NCBI GenBank assembly: GCA_050015075.1 | Contig: JBEKCB010000040.1 | Coordinates: 1 to 30,012, forward strand | From: Candidatus Brocadiia bacterium | GTDB taxonomy: Bacteria > Planctomycetota > Brocadiia > CAIUPP01 | DNA: 30,012 nucleotides | Direction: 5' to 3' | Shown: piece by piece, positions 1 through 10,090 of the stretch | Layout: each line of letters begins with the position of its first letter | How positions within the stretch are numbered: the stretch's first letter is position 1 | Program-made: the position numbers and the translations under genes | The notes under the pieces: model-generated | Database searches by the model: none | The model's input: the letters and a program-made list of their open reading frames with translations, nothing else | What the model was told of the DNA's origin: nothing

Positions 1-765
1 GGTCGGCATGGTCATGGACATGAATTCGAGGATCTTGTCGTAGGCCGCTTTCGAGTCCACGAAGATGGTCTCGATCTCGCTGGAGAACACGTCGCGGACG
101 ACGCGGATGACCAGGTCGCTCTCCTCATACAGCACCGCCGGCGCGGAGGCGGTCTTGGCCTGGTTCTGGATGCCGATCCAGAGGCGGAGCAGGTAGTTCA
201 TGTCGCGGTGGAGGTCGCGGCGGCTGCGATGGGCCGCGGCGGTGCGGACGATGATGCCCATGTTCTTCGGCGGGTTGAGCGCGGCGAGGACGTTGTGGAG
301 TTCCTCGCGCTCTTCCTCGTCGGCGATCTTCTTGGAGATGCCGTGGCGCTTGATGTACGGCATGAGCACCAGGTAGCGCCCGGGAATGCTCAGGTACGTC
401 GTCACCGCCGGCGCTTTGTGGCGGATGCCCTCTTTCGTGACCTGCACCAGGATTTCCTGCCCGCGCTTGAGCGCGCTGGCGATGGGCACGTCCTGCTTGT
501 CCGCGCGCCGCGCCGCTTCCGGATCGTGGTACCACACCGGCGCGATGTCGCTGACGTGCAGGAATCCCTGCCGTTCGCCGCCGAAGGCCACGAACGCCGA
601 CTGCAGGCTCTGCTCGACGGCGACCACCCGGGCCTTGTAGATGTTCCCGACGATCTGCTCCTGCCCGGCGCGCTCGATGAACAGGTTGTCCAGCGAGCCC
701 TCGTCGAGAATGGCAATGCGGCTCTCCTCCGCTTCGATCACGTTCACGAGCATGATCTTGCTCAT
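1..765 (-). CDS. Ribonuclease E/G family (Rne/Rng), N-terminal part; runs off the window edge
   Basis: Not in the ORF track. Manual translation from ATG 765 gives MSKIMLVNVIEAEESRIAIL...IVGNIYKARV...AFVAFGGERQGFLHVSDI...GQEILVQVTKEGIRHKAPAVTTYLSIPGRYLVLMP, i.e. S1 plus RNase E/G motifs. Confidence 0.95.
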   Translation of the reverse strand, partial: MSKIMLVNVIEAEESRIAILDEGSLDNLFIERAGQEQIVGNIYKARVVAVEQSLQSAFVAFGGERQGFLHVSDIAPVWYHDPEAARRADKQDVPIASALKRGQEILVQVTKEGIRHKAPAVTTYLSIPGRYLVLMPYIKRHGISKKIADEEEREELHNVLAALNPPKNMGIIVRTAAAHRSRRDLHRDMNYLLRLWIGIQNQAKTASAPAVLYEESDLVIRVVRDVFSSEIETIFVDSKAAYDKILEFMSMTMPT

Positions 766-786
766 CGGCTTCCCTTCAACTTTTTG

Positions 787-870
787 ACCGCGAATACTCG
801 AAAGCGCGATAGACAGCGGCCGTAACTGTTTCCGCCTTCTTCACCTTTCGCGTTTTCGCGCTTTCGCGGT
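787..870. repeat. Palindromic element with 9-mer-periodic arms (CGCGAAA type)
   Basis: ACCGCGAATACTCGAAAGCGCGA ... TTTCGCGTTTTCGCGCTTTCGCGGT; terminal ACCGCGAA/TTCGCGGT inverted repeat. Confidence 0.8.
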
Positions 871-875
871 TCAAT

Positions 876-1520
876 TTAATTCGCCAGGAGCACCTGCGTT
901 CGGACGATCCGGAACCCGCCGCGGCGCGTCTCCGGATCGAAACCCAGCGCGCCGAGGATTTCCTCCGGATGCGCGCTGCCCTCCGGCCCGGCCTTGAACC
1001 GGGCCACGATGTCCTCGCCCTGCCGATCCAGCGAGAAGATCAGCGGGCGCAGGTTGACCCTCTTGTGCTTGGCTTTGCGGAGGCGCTCGACGGAAATCTC
1101 CGCGCGCGCGATGAGTTCGGCCAGCGCCGGCGCAGCGATCCGCGCATCGCCCTTCAGGTTCGGCCGTGGCGTGATGCGGTACGTGACTTCCCTGGCCAGC
1201 GCCGCCTGGTGCGGCTCGGCGAGTGCGACCGAGAGCAGGCTCAGCCCCGCCGGCAACTGCGCGCGGAGCCGCCGTTCGATTTCCGCCGGCGCCGCCCAGT
1301 CGGCCAGGTCGAACTCCATCACTTCGTCAAGCCCTTCGATGCCCACGCCCAGGGCCGCAGGGAACGACATGCGCGGCCGCGGATTGAACCCTTCCGTCAT
1401 CCGCAGCGGCAATTCAGCCCTCCGGAGCGCCCGTTCGAATGCGCGCATGAGGTCCAGATGGGAAATCGCCGCCAGGTCGCCGCGTTTCTGAAATCGTATT
1501 CTGATTCGCTGTATGAACAT
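876..1520 (-). CDS. Radical SAM-linked protein (TIGR03936/DUF2344 family)
   Basis: RIRFQKRG...ISHLDLMRAFERALRRAELP...GFNPRPRMSFPAALGVG motif; usual position upstream of rne/rng. Confidence 0.92.
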   Translation of the reverse strand: MFIQRIRIRFQKRGDLAAISHLDLMRAFERALRRAELPLRMTEGFNPRPRMSFPAALGVGIEGLDEVMEFDLADWAAPAEIERRLRAQLPAGLSLLSVALAEPHQAALAREVTYRITPRPNLKGDARIAAPALAELIARAEISVERLRKAKHKRVNLRPLIFSLDRQGEDIVARFKAGPEGSAHPEEILGALGFDPETRRGGFRIVRTQVLLAN

Positions 1521-1543
1521 GCGATTCTTTGGGTCGCCCGGAT

Positions 1544-2482
1544 TTACTCCGGCGCAGTTTTCTCCGCAGCGTCAGGCGCGGTGCCGGCCTCGGCGGGCGC
1601 GGTCGTCGCCGGCGCGGCGGCTGTAGCCTCCGGCGTTGAGGCGGTCGTGGCCGGCATCGAAGCGGTCGTCGCCGGCGCAGAGAGGGTGATCGTCGGCGCA
1701 AAACCGGTGGTCGCGGGCGCGCCCTGCTCTCCCGCTTCCTTCGAAGCGGGACGAAGCGGAACGGAGGGCGCGGCGCTCATCGGCGGCGTCGGGCCGCGCT
1801 CGAGGGTTTCGACGCGGAAGCGGGCCAGTTCCGTCCACTTGCTTTCGCCGCCCGACTCGATGGCCTTCCGGTAGAAAGTCTTCGCGTTCTCCGGGTCTTT
1901 GAGAATCTCGTAGCAGCGTCCGATGTCCCAGTCCGCTTCGACGGCTTCCTGGGGCGTGCTCGCGTCGGCCAGCGCCTTGTACTCCACGATCGCCTTCTCC
2001 ACGTCGCCGCTCTGCTCGAGCGCGGCCGCCCAGCCGCGCCGCGCCAGCATCTTCATCCCTTCCGGCGCACCGGCCATCTCCACCAGGCGCTGGTAGTACC
2101 CGGCCGCCTTCGCCGGTTGCCCGGTGGCGTTCAGCAGCTCCGCAGCCCGAACGAGCGCCTGCGGCGCCACGTCCGAGTCGGGATACGCCTTGACGAGGCC
2201 GTCGAAATGGCTGAGCGCATCCTTGATCGCTTCGGTCCGCGCTTCGTCCTTCAAGCCCAGCGCGCGGTCCGCGCTCGCCTGGTATTCGGTGAACTGCGTC
2301 TCCGCATCCTGCTGCGCCTGCATCCGCGCGTGGAGGGTCCACGCGACGGCCGCGCCGACGATCACGAGGACCGCGACGATGGCGATCACCTTCGACTGGT
2401 GCACCTTGGCCCAGTGCAGGCCCGACATGACGGTCTCGGCGTACTGGTCGTGCTTCAGTTTGTGGCGTTCGGCTGCCTTCAC
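1544..2482 (-). CDS. Membrane-anchored tetratricopeptide-repeat protein (YfgM-like) with Ala/Thr/Pro-rich tail
   Basis: MKAAERHKLKHD N-terminus, one TM helix (VIAIVAVLVIVGAAVAW), TPR-like helices (A...Y...P.S), low-complexity C-terminus. Confidence 0.85.
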   Translation of the reverse strand: MKAAERHKLKHDQYAETVMSGLHWAKVHQSKVIAIVAVLVIVGAAVAWTLHARMQAQQDAETQFTEYQASADRALGLKDEARTEAIKDALSHFDGLVKAYPDSDVAPQALVRAAELLNATGQPAKAAGYYQRLVEMAGAPEGMKMLARRGWAAALEQSGDVEKAIVEYKALADASTPQEAVEADWDIGRCYEILKDPENAKTFYRKAIESGGESKWTELARFRVETLERGPTPPMSAAPSVPLRPASKEAGEQGAPATTGFAPTITLSAPATTASMPATTASTPEATAAAPATTAPAEAGTAPDAAEKTAPE

Positions 2483-2534
2483 GAATCCGTCCTTTCGGCT
2501 TTATTATATCCGTCAGAAAAGCAACGCCAGACCT

Positions 2535-2625
2535 CACCACGAAGTACACGAAGTTCACGAAGGGATACCGTGAGTATCAATGCAAGTCAAGTCCGTCCTT
2601 CGTGCCTTTCGTGTCCTTCGTGGTG
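2535..2625. repeat. Palindromic element with 9-mer-periodic arms (CACGAAG type)
   Basis: CACCACGAAGTACACGAAGTTCACGAAGG ... CCTTCGTGCCTTTCGTGTCCTTCGTGGTG. Confidence 0.85.
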
Positions 2626-2662
2626 TCGCAGTGCGTATTCCCTGCTCAATAGCGCCGCGCCG

Positions 2663-3364
2663 TCAGGTCTCCCGCGGACGCGGGAATCCCTTTCGGCCGG
2701 CGGCGCGGAAGATCCCTTCCGCGTTGATGAAAAGCTGGTCCACTTCCTCGGCCGTCATTCCGGCGCCGAAGGCGATGCACTCGGCCTGCCGGCGGTCCGG
2801 CAAATCTCCGTCGGCGTGCCCGTCGCTGTCGAAGACGAGCTTTGCGCCCGTCAGCCGCGCGACCTTCAGCACATGACCGTTGGTGAAGCTGTGGCCCTTC
2901 CGCCCTGAGATCTCGAGCGCCACACCGCGCCGCGCCGCGAGCGCCGCGTCCGCCTTGTCAATCAGGCCCGGATGCGCCAGGATGTCCACGCCCGCCTCGA
3001 TCAACGCCCGGTTCGTGCCGGCGGCCACCGGCTCGACGATGGTCTCGCCGTGGCCGACGACGATCGCGGCGCCGGACGCGCGCGCCAGCGAGACGGCCCG
3101 GCGGATGAGGTCCGGCCGGACGTGCGTCACCTCCGCGCCCGGCAGCACCGCAATCGCGCCTTTGCCGCGCAACGACCGGCACATCCGCACGAGTTGCGGC
3201 ACCACCGTCTCGATCGTGCTGAACCCGACGTGGTCGCTGATCGCCAGCATCCGGTATCCGCGCACCTCGCAGCGCCGGACCAGCTCCTCGGGCAGCAGCT
3301 CGCCGTCCGAGAGCAGCGAATGCGTGTGCAGGTCAATCATCGCGTCCGGTTCCAGCTTCGCCAT
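2663..3364 (-). CDS. PHP-domain hydrolase (histidinol-phosphatase-like)
   Basis: IDLHTHSLLSDG, ISDH, VGHGETIVEPV, ILAHPG, DSDGH metal-binding motifs. Start is ATG 3364 or 3340; the longer ORF runs into a repeat. Confidence 0.9.
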   Translation of the reverse strand: MAKLEPDAMIDLHTHSLLSDGELLPEELVRRCEVRGYRMLAISDHVGFSTIETVVPQLVRMCRSLRGKGAIAVLPGAEVTHVRPDLIRRAVSLARASGAAIVVGHGETIVEPVAAGTNRALIEAGVDILAHPGLIDKADAALAARRGVALEISGRKGHSFTNGHVLKVARLTGAKLVFDSDGHADGDLPDRRQAECIAFGAGMTAEEVDQLFINAEGIFRAAGRKGFPRPRET

Positions 3365-3416
3365 AACTTGGCCCTGGTGTAGTGTCCCGAAAATAACGCG
3401 CACAAGTCCGGCCCGC

Positions 3417-3502
3417 GTCATGCTGAGCGCAGCGAAGCATCTCATACCCTAAACCGTTGCCGCCGCGCTGCGTATGAGATTCCTCGCTCCGCTCGGAATG
3501 AC
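3417..3502. repeat. REP-like inverted-repeat pair
   Basis: GTCATGCTGAGCGCAGCGAAGCATCTCATAC ... GTATGAGATTCCTCGCTCCGCTCGGAATGAC; a related arm occurs at 24920-24976. Confidence 0.85.
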
Positions 3503-3550
3503 CGGACATTCTGCAACTTATTCGCGCAACGCCACACTAGTCCTTCAGCC

Positions 3551-4807
3551 TTATCTCAGCAGCTTGCCGACGAGCGGCGTTGCGTACTGCACGAACGCCG
3601 GCGTCACGCCGTTGCCTTCCGCGTTGATGAATTCGTCGGGCAGCAGGCGCTCCTTGCCGGCGACCGCTTCGAGCGGGATCAGTTCCGTCCGCGCGCGATA
3701 GTTCCCGCCGGACCGCTCGGCGCGAAGCGCCACGGAGCCGCTCGCGCTCTTCTTGACGGCATAGAGGACGGCCTTGCGGCCGACCATCTCCGCCTCTTTC
3801 GCGTCCGCCGACGAAGGCTCGCTCGCGTGGCAGCGCTGGAGGTAGCCGAAGGTGTCCGCGCGGCAGCGCGCCGCCTTGCCGAACGCCTTGAACGCCGCGA
3901 TCTTGACGGCCGCGGCGAGGACATCGGCCATCGTTCCGGTGCCGGAGAGCTGGACATGGCCGAAGGAGTCCTTCTTCGCGCCGCCGCAGGCTTCCTCGAT
4001 CGGGCCGAGGGCGTTGAGCATCGCCATGATCGGCGCGTAAGGCGCCTGGGAAAGCTCGGCGCGGACGGATTTCGAGGCGATGAATTCCGCGCCGTCCGGC
4101 CCGCGCAGCCCTTCCGAAACGGCCACCACCGCGCGGCCATGCTTCTGATAGACCGCGAGCACCTCGGCGACGATCTGCGCCAGGCTCCTGGGGCGCTCCG
4201 GGAAATAGATCAGGTGCGGGCCGTCTTCCTCGGCGCGCTTGCACAGCGCCGCCGCCGCGGCCAGCCAGCCGGCCTTCCGGCCCATGACGATGTCAATCTT
4301 GATCCCCGGCAGCGAAAGCACGTCGAGGTCGTCGCCGAGCAGCGCGTGCGCCACGAACCGCGCCGCCGAGCCGTAGCCCGGGCTGTGATCGTTCTCCACC
4401 AGGTCGTTGTCAATCGTCTTCGGCACGTGGAAGCAGCGCAACTCGTGCGCGGCCGACTGCGCCGCGCGGCTCACGATCGAGGTCGCTTCGGCCGTATCGT
4501 TGCCGCCGATGTAGAAGAAGTAGCTCGCTTCGCGCTTCTTGAAAATCTCGAACGCCTTCGCGCAGTCCTCGGCCGTGGGCTTGTAGCGAGTGGAGAAAAT
4601 CGCCGCGCCGGGAAGGCTCCGGTGCGTCGAGACCGGCGGCCGGGTCGTCGAGAGCGGGCGGAACTCTTCCTTCAGGACGCCCTGGATTCCGTGGAACGCC
4701 CCGAGGACGCCGATGCCGTGTTTGGACGCCTCGTCCACGATGCCGTAAAGGGACCGGTTGATCACGCGGGTAGGTCCGCCGCCCATCGCAACGATAGCCC
4801 GTTTCAC
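3551..4807 (-). CDS. pfp: Pyrophosphate-dependent 6-phosphofructokinase (PfkA family)
   Basis: GGGPT, IGGNDT (Asp typical of PPi use), PKTIDND, MGRKAGW, FGYLQR. GTG start at 4807 preceded by GAGGAGG. Confidence 0.9.
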   Translation of the reverse strand: MKRAIVAMGGGPTRVINRSLYGIVDEASKHGIGVLGAFHGIQGVLKEEFRPLSTTRPPVSTHRSLPGAAIFSTRYKPTAEDCAKAFEIFKKREASYFFYIGGNDTAEATSIVSRAAQSAAHELRCFHVPKTIDNDLVENDHSPGYGSAARFVAHALLGDDLDVLSLPGIKIDIVMGRKAGWLAAAAALCKRAEEDGPHLIYFPERPRSLAQIVAEVLAVYQKHGRAVVAVSEGLRGPDGAEFIASKSVRAELSQAPYAPIMAMLNALGPIEEACGGAKKDSFGHVQLSGTGTMADVLAAAVKIAAFKAFGKAARCRADTFGYLQRCHASEPSSADAKEAEMVGRKAVLYAVKKSASGSVALRAERSGGNYRARTELIPLEAVAGKERLLPDEFINAEGNGVTPAFVQYATPLVGKLLR

Positions 4808-4862
4808 GAACAACCTCCTCACCAAACCAGGATCAGCCGAATTGACACTGCTGGAATGTTAC

Positions 4863-4892
4863 AAAATACCGGGAAAACAGGCGGTTTGTCAA
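4863..4892 (-). promoter_or_regulatory. Sigma70-type promoter for pfp
   Basis: TTGACA-18 nt-TATTTT on the minus strand. Confidence 0.55.
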
Positions 4893-4957
4893 ACGGCCGG
4901 GCAGACCCTGGGCGCCGGCTGAGCGGCGGGATTCCCGCCGGGCCCTCTCGAAACGCA

Positions 4958-4996
4958 GCTTGTAGTGGCGCCGTCAGGCGCTAGTTCGTATGCCCT
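4958..4996. repeat. GTAG-type REP-like element, truncated copy
   Basis: CTTGTAGTGGCGCCGTCAGGCGCTAGTTCGTATGCCCT; matches the copies at 5082 and 24984 but lacks the right arm. Confidence 0.8.
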
Positions 4997-5081
4997 TCCT
5001 GCTTGGCGCACCGAACAGCGGAGCTGCCAAGAGCGAGAGTAGCCCGGGGCTGTGAAGAATGGGGCGCGCACCGCGAGCACG

Positions 5082-5142
5082 TCGCTCGTAGTGGCGCCGT
5101 CAGGCGCTAGTCCGTATGCCCTTACGGGCACACTACGAGCGA
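5082..5142. repeat. GTAG-type REP-like element, full copy, just downstream of recA
   Basis: TCGCTCGTAGTG GCGCCGTCAGGCGC TAGTCCGTA TGCCCTTACGGGCA CACTACGAGCGA; terminal IR enclosing two small hairpins. Confidence 0.85.
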
Positions 5143-5150
5143 GCAGGCCG

Positions 5151-6254
<1,104 letters not shown>

Positions 6255-6280
6255 CGCACCTTCTCCTGTCTGTCCTGGAT

Positions 6281-6868
6281 TCAACCCGCCAACCGCACGC
6301 GCTCGACCGGCGAATAGATCGGGCCCGCAGGCGTCAGCCGGCTCTCCATGAGCGTCAGCTCCGCCGCCTGCATCGAGCCGAAACTTTTCCCCTGCAGCGA
6401 CTCCAGCCGCTGCGTCAACTGCGCCAGGTGCCTGGGCTCACGAACGCGCCCAAGCGTAATGTGATTCTGATACGGCCGGTCGTCGCGCTCGGCGCCGATC
6501 TCCGCCATCTGCTCGTTCAACCGCCGCGCCAGTTCCGCCGCCACCGGCGGCTGGTCCGCCGCGCAGACGAAAATCACCCGCGGCCGCTTCAGGTCCGGGA
6601 ACCCGCCCGCGCCGGCGATCTCCAGCGAGAACGGCCCCATGCCATCGGCGCACTCCCGCAGAATTTCCACCGCCCGCGCCACGGACGCATCCGGCACGGA
6701 CCCGAGGAACTTCAGCGTCAGGTGGATGTTCTGCGCCTCCACCCACTTCACCGGCGCATCCAGCCGCCGCAGGTCGCCGATCAGCGCCGAGAGCGCCTCG
6801 CGGATCGGCTCCGCCATCTCCACCGCCACAAACGCGCGCATCGGCGCAGCCTCGCGATCATCTATCAT
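6281..6868 (-). CDS. thpR: RNA 2',3'-cyclic phosphodiesterase (2'-5' RNA ligase family)
   Basis: MRAFVAVE start region and two HxT motifs ([14 protein letters not shown]). Start at 6868 (overlapping the REase stop, TAATG) or 6841. Confidence 0.93.
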   Translation of the reverse strand: MIDDREAAPMRAFVAVEMAEPIREALSALIGDLRRLDAPVKWVEAQNIHLTLKFLGSVPDASVARAVEILRECADGMGPFSLEIAGAGGFPDLKRPRVIFVCAADQPPVAAELARRLNEQMAEIGAERDDRPYQNHITLGRVREPRHLAQLTQRLESLQGKSFGSMQAAELTLMESRLTPAGPIYSPVERVRLAG

Positions 6869-7983
6869 TAAACAGATTTCAAGAGCAACGCCCACGCCTG
6901 CCGGTGAACAATTGAGGAATTGGCCGAGTCGAGCTCGCGTCCGACGTGGCCTAGAAAAACGACTCTGCCTCGCTCGCCGAGCAAAATCAAAATTCCCGTC
7001 GCGAAGTCGAGAAAGTTGGAGACGTATATATTCTGTCCGCTGGCGAACTCGCGCTGAATCCTTTCCTCCGCCTCCGTCTCTTCGCCCTTCTCGACTCCCC
7101 GCTCTGCCAGGAAGAGAATCTCCGATATCTTCTTGGCCCGCGCCACATCCAGCTTGGCGTCGAGTTGGGTCAAGGTCAAACTTCGGTCCTTCACTTCTAC
7201 CAGGAGCACCAGCTTGCTCTTGGACCAACATTCAACATCGGCGCCCATGCCGGATGCGACATCCGCCGCATTGACTTTCTGTCGGCGGATTTCGTCGAAA
7301 AGGCCGAATTCCGAAGCGATAGTCCTGAACAACGCTGCGCACACCACCTCGGTTCGATCACCGCCCGATTTCACTGCCGTGAAGCGACGCACGAGGCCAA
7401 TGGTCTGTTTCAGACTGACCCGGTTCGGCGTTGGATAAACGACGTGCGCCGCAGCTAGAAGGCGGTAGATTTCCACGAGAATCTGATCGAACACTTTTTT
7501 TGCAAAAGCTTCTGAGCCAGATGCCTCCACCACATCAAGCACAGCGCCCAGCTTGTCCCAGTCGTCCTTGTTCTTCTGCTGAGCGCGATATCGACGGATA
7601 ACCGCAGGGCATCTCAACGGATTGTTGACGTATGGCTCCGAAGACCCGCCCAATACCCTGTGATTGTGCTGGTCAAAAGGAACGACGACGTCATGGGCGA
7701 TCGTGCGCGCGTCGAACGCTCCCGGCTTCTTATACGCGGCTTGCAGTGAACGGCAGTCGAGCTCGGGCGAGACGCATTTGCAAAGCACCTGTGTCGGCAA
7801 AACGTAGTGATAGGACTTCGTAGCGCTGCGCAGACACGAAACGATGCGCTCTCGCAACAAGGAATGGTCTGAAGCCAGTGGATCGCTGAACTTGCCTGAC
7901 TCTGCGGAGGTGCTGATCTGCTTCCATCTCGTGTCGAGAAACTCCCGACAGCGCTCCACAAACCCCTTCTCTTGGTTTTTCAT
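6868..7983 (-). CDS. Type II restriction endonuclease, SacI-like family
   Basis: Y.LPTQVL.K, GAFDARTIAHDVVVPF, LGGSSEPYVNNPLR, and a PD-(D/E)xK-like ADVE...EVKD core; adjacent to an MTase; visibly lower GC. Confidence 0.75.
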   Translation of the reverse strand: MKNQEKGFVERCREFLDTRWKQISTSAESGKFSDPLASDHSLLRERIVSCLRSATKSYHYVLPTQVLCKCVSPELDCRSLQAAYKKPGAFDARTIAHDVVVPFDQHNHRVLGGSSEPYVNNPLRCPAVIRRYRAQQKNKDDWDKLGAVLDVVEASGSEAFAKKVFDQILVEIYRLLAAAHVVYPTPNRVSLKQTIGLVRRFTAVKSGGDRTEVVCAALFRTIASEFGLFDEIRRQKVNAADVASGMGADVECWSKSKLVLLVEVKDRSLTLTQLDAKLDVARAKKISEILFLAERGVEKGEETEAEERIQREFASGQNIYVSNFLDFATGILILLGERGRVVFLGHVGRELDSANSSIVHRQAWALLLKSV

Positions 7984-7986
7984 CGC

Positions 7987-8883
7987 TCAGTAATTCGTCC
8001 AGAGGAATTCTTGACGTTCTTTCTTGACGGACATGGCCTTCTTCGGTTTCTCGCGATGAATGCGCCAATCCTTGTAAGACTCGCGCATCAGATCACAGTC
8101 GTAACCGGAGATAGCGACCTTTCCCTTGACGACGTGAAGAACCTGGCTCAATTCAGCGTGGTCTTTGTCGGTCATCTCGTAAGAATAAGCTTTAGAGTCT
8201 CCACGGGACTCGTGCGGATAAGGCGGATCGCAGTAAAAGAGGGTCTCAGCGCTGTCATAACGTTTGATGACCTTACAGGCGGAATCGTTTTCAATCTGGA
8301 CGCGCAAAAACCGCGCGGCGATCAGTTCGAGGCCAGCGACACTGCCCAGCCATCGGGACACAGCGCCGGACATTCCGGCGCGGCTGGTGTTGAGACAATT
8401 TGCCCATCTGCCTACCGAGGCAGTCTGCGCCAGGCCTGTTCGTACCTGTCGCGCTCTGATGAAGAATCGCCGGGCCCGCTCGATATCCGACAGATGTTTC
8501 CCGTTCCCATTCGTTCGGATTGCCGCTAGAAACTCCTCACGTGAAAAGGGCGTCATACCTATCTGGTAGAGCAGGTCGTCTTTCTTCTCCCTCAGCACTC
8601 TGAAAAAATTCACAACTTCCCCATCCGTGTCGTTGTAAGTCTCCACCGGCGATGGCGGTCTGTTGATGAGAACGGCTGCCGAACCTCCAAATGGCTCGCA
8701 GTAGTGATTGCACTTCGGCAGCAGCGGAAGAAGCCAATCGAGGTGACTGTACTTTCCGCCGTACCACCCGAAGGCGATCATCTTGCGCAGTCGAAGGCGG
8801 CTTTCGGCGAGAGATTGGAGCGTGGGACCGACGAAATAGTCGGCCTCAACCGTCTTTTCACGGACCATGCTCTTTCGCTTCAT
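7987..8883 (-). CDS. DNA adenine methyltransferase, D12/Dam family
   Basis: WYGGK, EPFGGSAAV (motif I), YND, YCDPPY (motif IV), E.LWTNY C-terminus. Start uncertain (8883-8916). Confidence 0.93.
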   Translation of the reverse strand: MKRKSMVREKTVEADYFVGPTLQSLAESRLRLRKMIAFGWYGGKYSHLDWLLPLLPKCNHYCEPFGGSAAVLINRPPSPVETYNDTDGEVVNFFRVLREKKDDLLYQIGMTPFSREEFLAAIRTNGNGKHLSDIERARRFFIRARQVRTGLAQTASVGRWANCLNTSRAGMSGAVSRWLGSVAGLELIAARFLRVQIENDSACKVIKRYDSAETLFYCDPPYPHESRGDSKAYSYEMTDKDHAELSQVLHVVKGKVAISGYDCDLMRESYKDWRIHREKPKKAMSVKKERQEFLWTNY

Positions 8884-8947
8884 CGTAATTCCCTTGTTCG
8901 CCATACGACCTAACATAACATAAACCTCTGACAGAAGCCAGTCAGAG

Positions 8948-9847
8948 TCAGAATTTCAGCATCTTCCGGAACTCCCGCAGCCGCGCCTCGACTTTGGGCA
9001 GCGTCAGCGAGGCCACGCGGCGGACGCCGAAGTCCTCGACATTGAACGAGGCCAGCACGGTCCCGTACGCGATGCCGCGCCGCAGCGTGGCGCTGGTCAC
9101 CCGGCCGCGCCGCGCCAGGTAACCCATCATGCCGCCGGCGAACGTGTCGCCCGCACCGGTCGGGTCGCGCACCTCGCCGGTCGGGAACGCGGGGATCACG
9201 AACGTCCCGTCCTGGCCGACCATCACCGCGCCATGCTCGCCTTTTTTCACGATCACGTACTTCGGCCCCATCCGGAGAATTTTTTCGGCCGCGCGCAGGA
9301 AGAACTCCTCGCCCGAGAGCAGCCGCGCCTCGCTGTCGTTGACCACCACCGCCTGCACCCGCTTGAAGAGGGCCGCGAGCACCGGCCGGCTCGAATGGAT
9401 CCAGTGGTCCATCGTGTCCACCACCGCGAAGCGCGGGCCGCGCATCTGGTCGAGCACCTGCATCTGGTGCTCGGGCGAGCCATTGGCCAGGAACACGAAC
9501 CGGCTCTTCCGGAACGCCGGCGGGATTTCCGGCGCGTACTGGCCGAACACGTTGAGTTCCACGGAGACCGTCTCGCGCTGGTTCATGTCGCTCGAGTAGC
9601 GGCCGGACCAGCGGAAGGTTTTGCCGTCCTTGCGTTGCAGCCCGCGCAGGTCCACGCCGCGGCGGCGGAGCGGCTCGAGCGCGCGCTCCGGCAGGTCGCG
9701 CCCGATCTGGCCGACCAGCCGCACCGGCGCGAGCATCGAGGCGGCCAGCGCGAAATGCACCGCCGATCCGCCCAGCGCGTCGGAGACCCGCCCATGCGGC
9801 GTTTCGATGGTGTCGAGCGCGACCGATCCGACGACGATCAGGGACAT
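8948..9847 (-). CDS. PfkB-family carbohydrate kinase
   Basis: VGSVALD, GGSA, VKKGEHG, DPTGAGDTFAGG signature; ATG 9847 follows GAGGGAG. Confidence 0.93.
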   Translation of the reverse strand: MSLIVVGSVALDTIETPHGRVSDALGGSAVHFALAASMLAPVRLVGQIGRDLPERALEPLRRRGVDLRGLQRKDGKTFRWSGRYSSDMNQRETVSVELNVFGQYAPEIPPAFRKSRFVFLANGSPEHQMQVLDQMRGPRFAVVDTMDHWIHSSRPVLAALFKRVQAVVVNDSEARLLSGEEFFLRAAEKILRMGPKYVIVKKGEHGAVMVGQDGTFVIPAFPTGEVRDPTGAGDTFAGGMMGYLARRGRVTSATLRRGIAYGTVLASFNVEDFGVRRVASLTLPKVEARLREFRKMLKF

Positions 9848-9896
9848 AATTCTCCCTCGATTCCGTGCCACGCGGATGCAGCCGAACGCGCCGCCG

Positions 9897-9925
9897 AAAA
9901 TACTTCACCCGGCCCGCGCTGTCAA
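9897..9925 (-). promoter_or_regulatory. Sigma70-type promoter upstream of the pfkB-MTase-REase-thpR-recA run
   Basis: TTGACA-17 nt-TATTTT on the minus strand. Confidence 0.6.
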
Positions 9926-9935
9926 GGGCTGAGAG

Positions 9936-10024
9936 AGTGCGGATTGCAGAGTGCGGAGTGCGGAATGGGAATAAGGAGCGCCGTTCGTCCCGTTCGTCGT
10001 GCACGTCGTGTCGTCGTGGTGAGG
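9936..10024. repeat. Heptamer tandem repeat (AGTGCGG) followed by a lone arm of a 9-mer element
   Basis: AGTGCGG ATTGCAG AGTGCGG AGTGCGG AATGGGA, then ...CGTCGTGTCGTCGTGGTGAGG resembling the right arm of 2535-2625. Confidence 0.7.
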
Positions 10025-10090
10025 ATTTCGTGGACGCCGGCGTAGCCGCCGAGGTTGCATTTTGCCGCGCGAGTTGATATTCACACCTGC

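Noticed and set aside
6255-6300. LexA/SOS box upstream of recA
   Set aside because: No recognisable palindrome; recA follows thpR by only 26 nt.
6869-7231. N-terminal extension of ThpR in the 316-aa ORF call
   Set aside because: Overlaps the REase in another frame; ThpR homology starts near 6868/6841.
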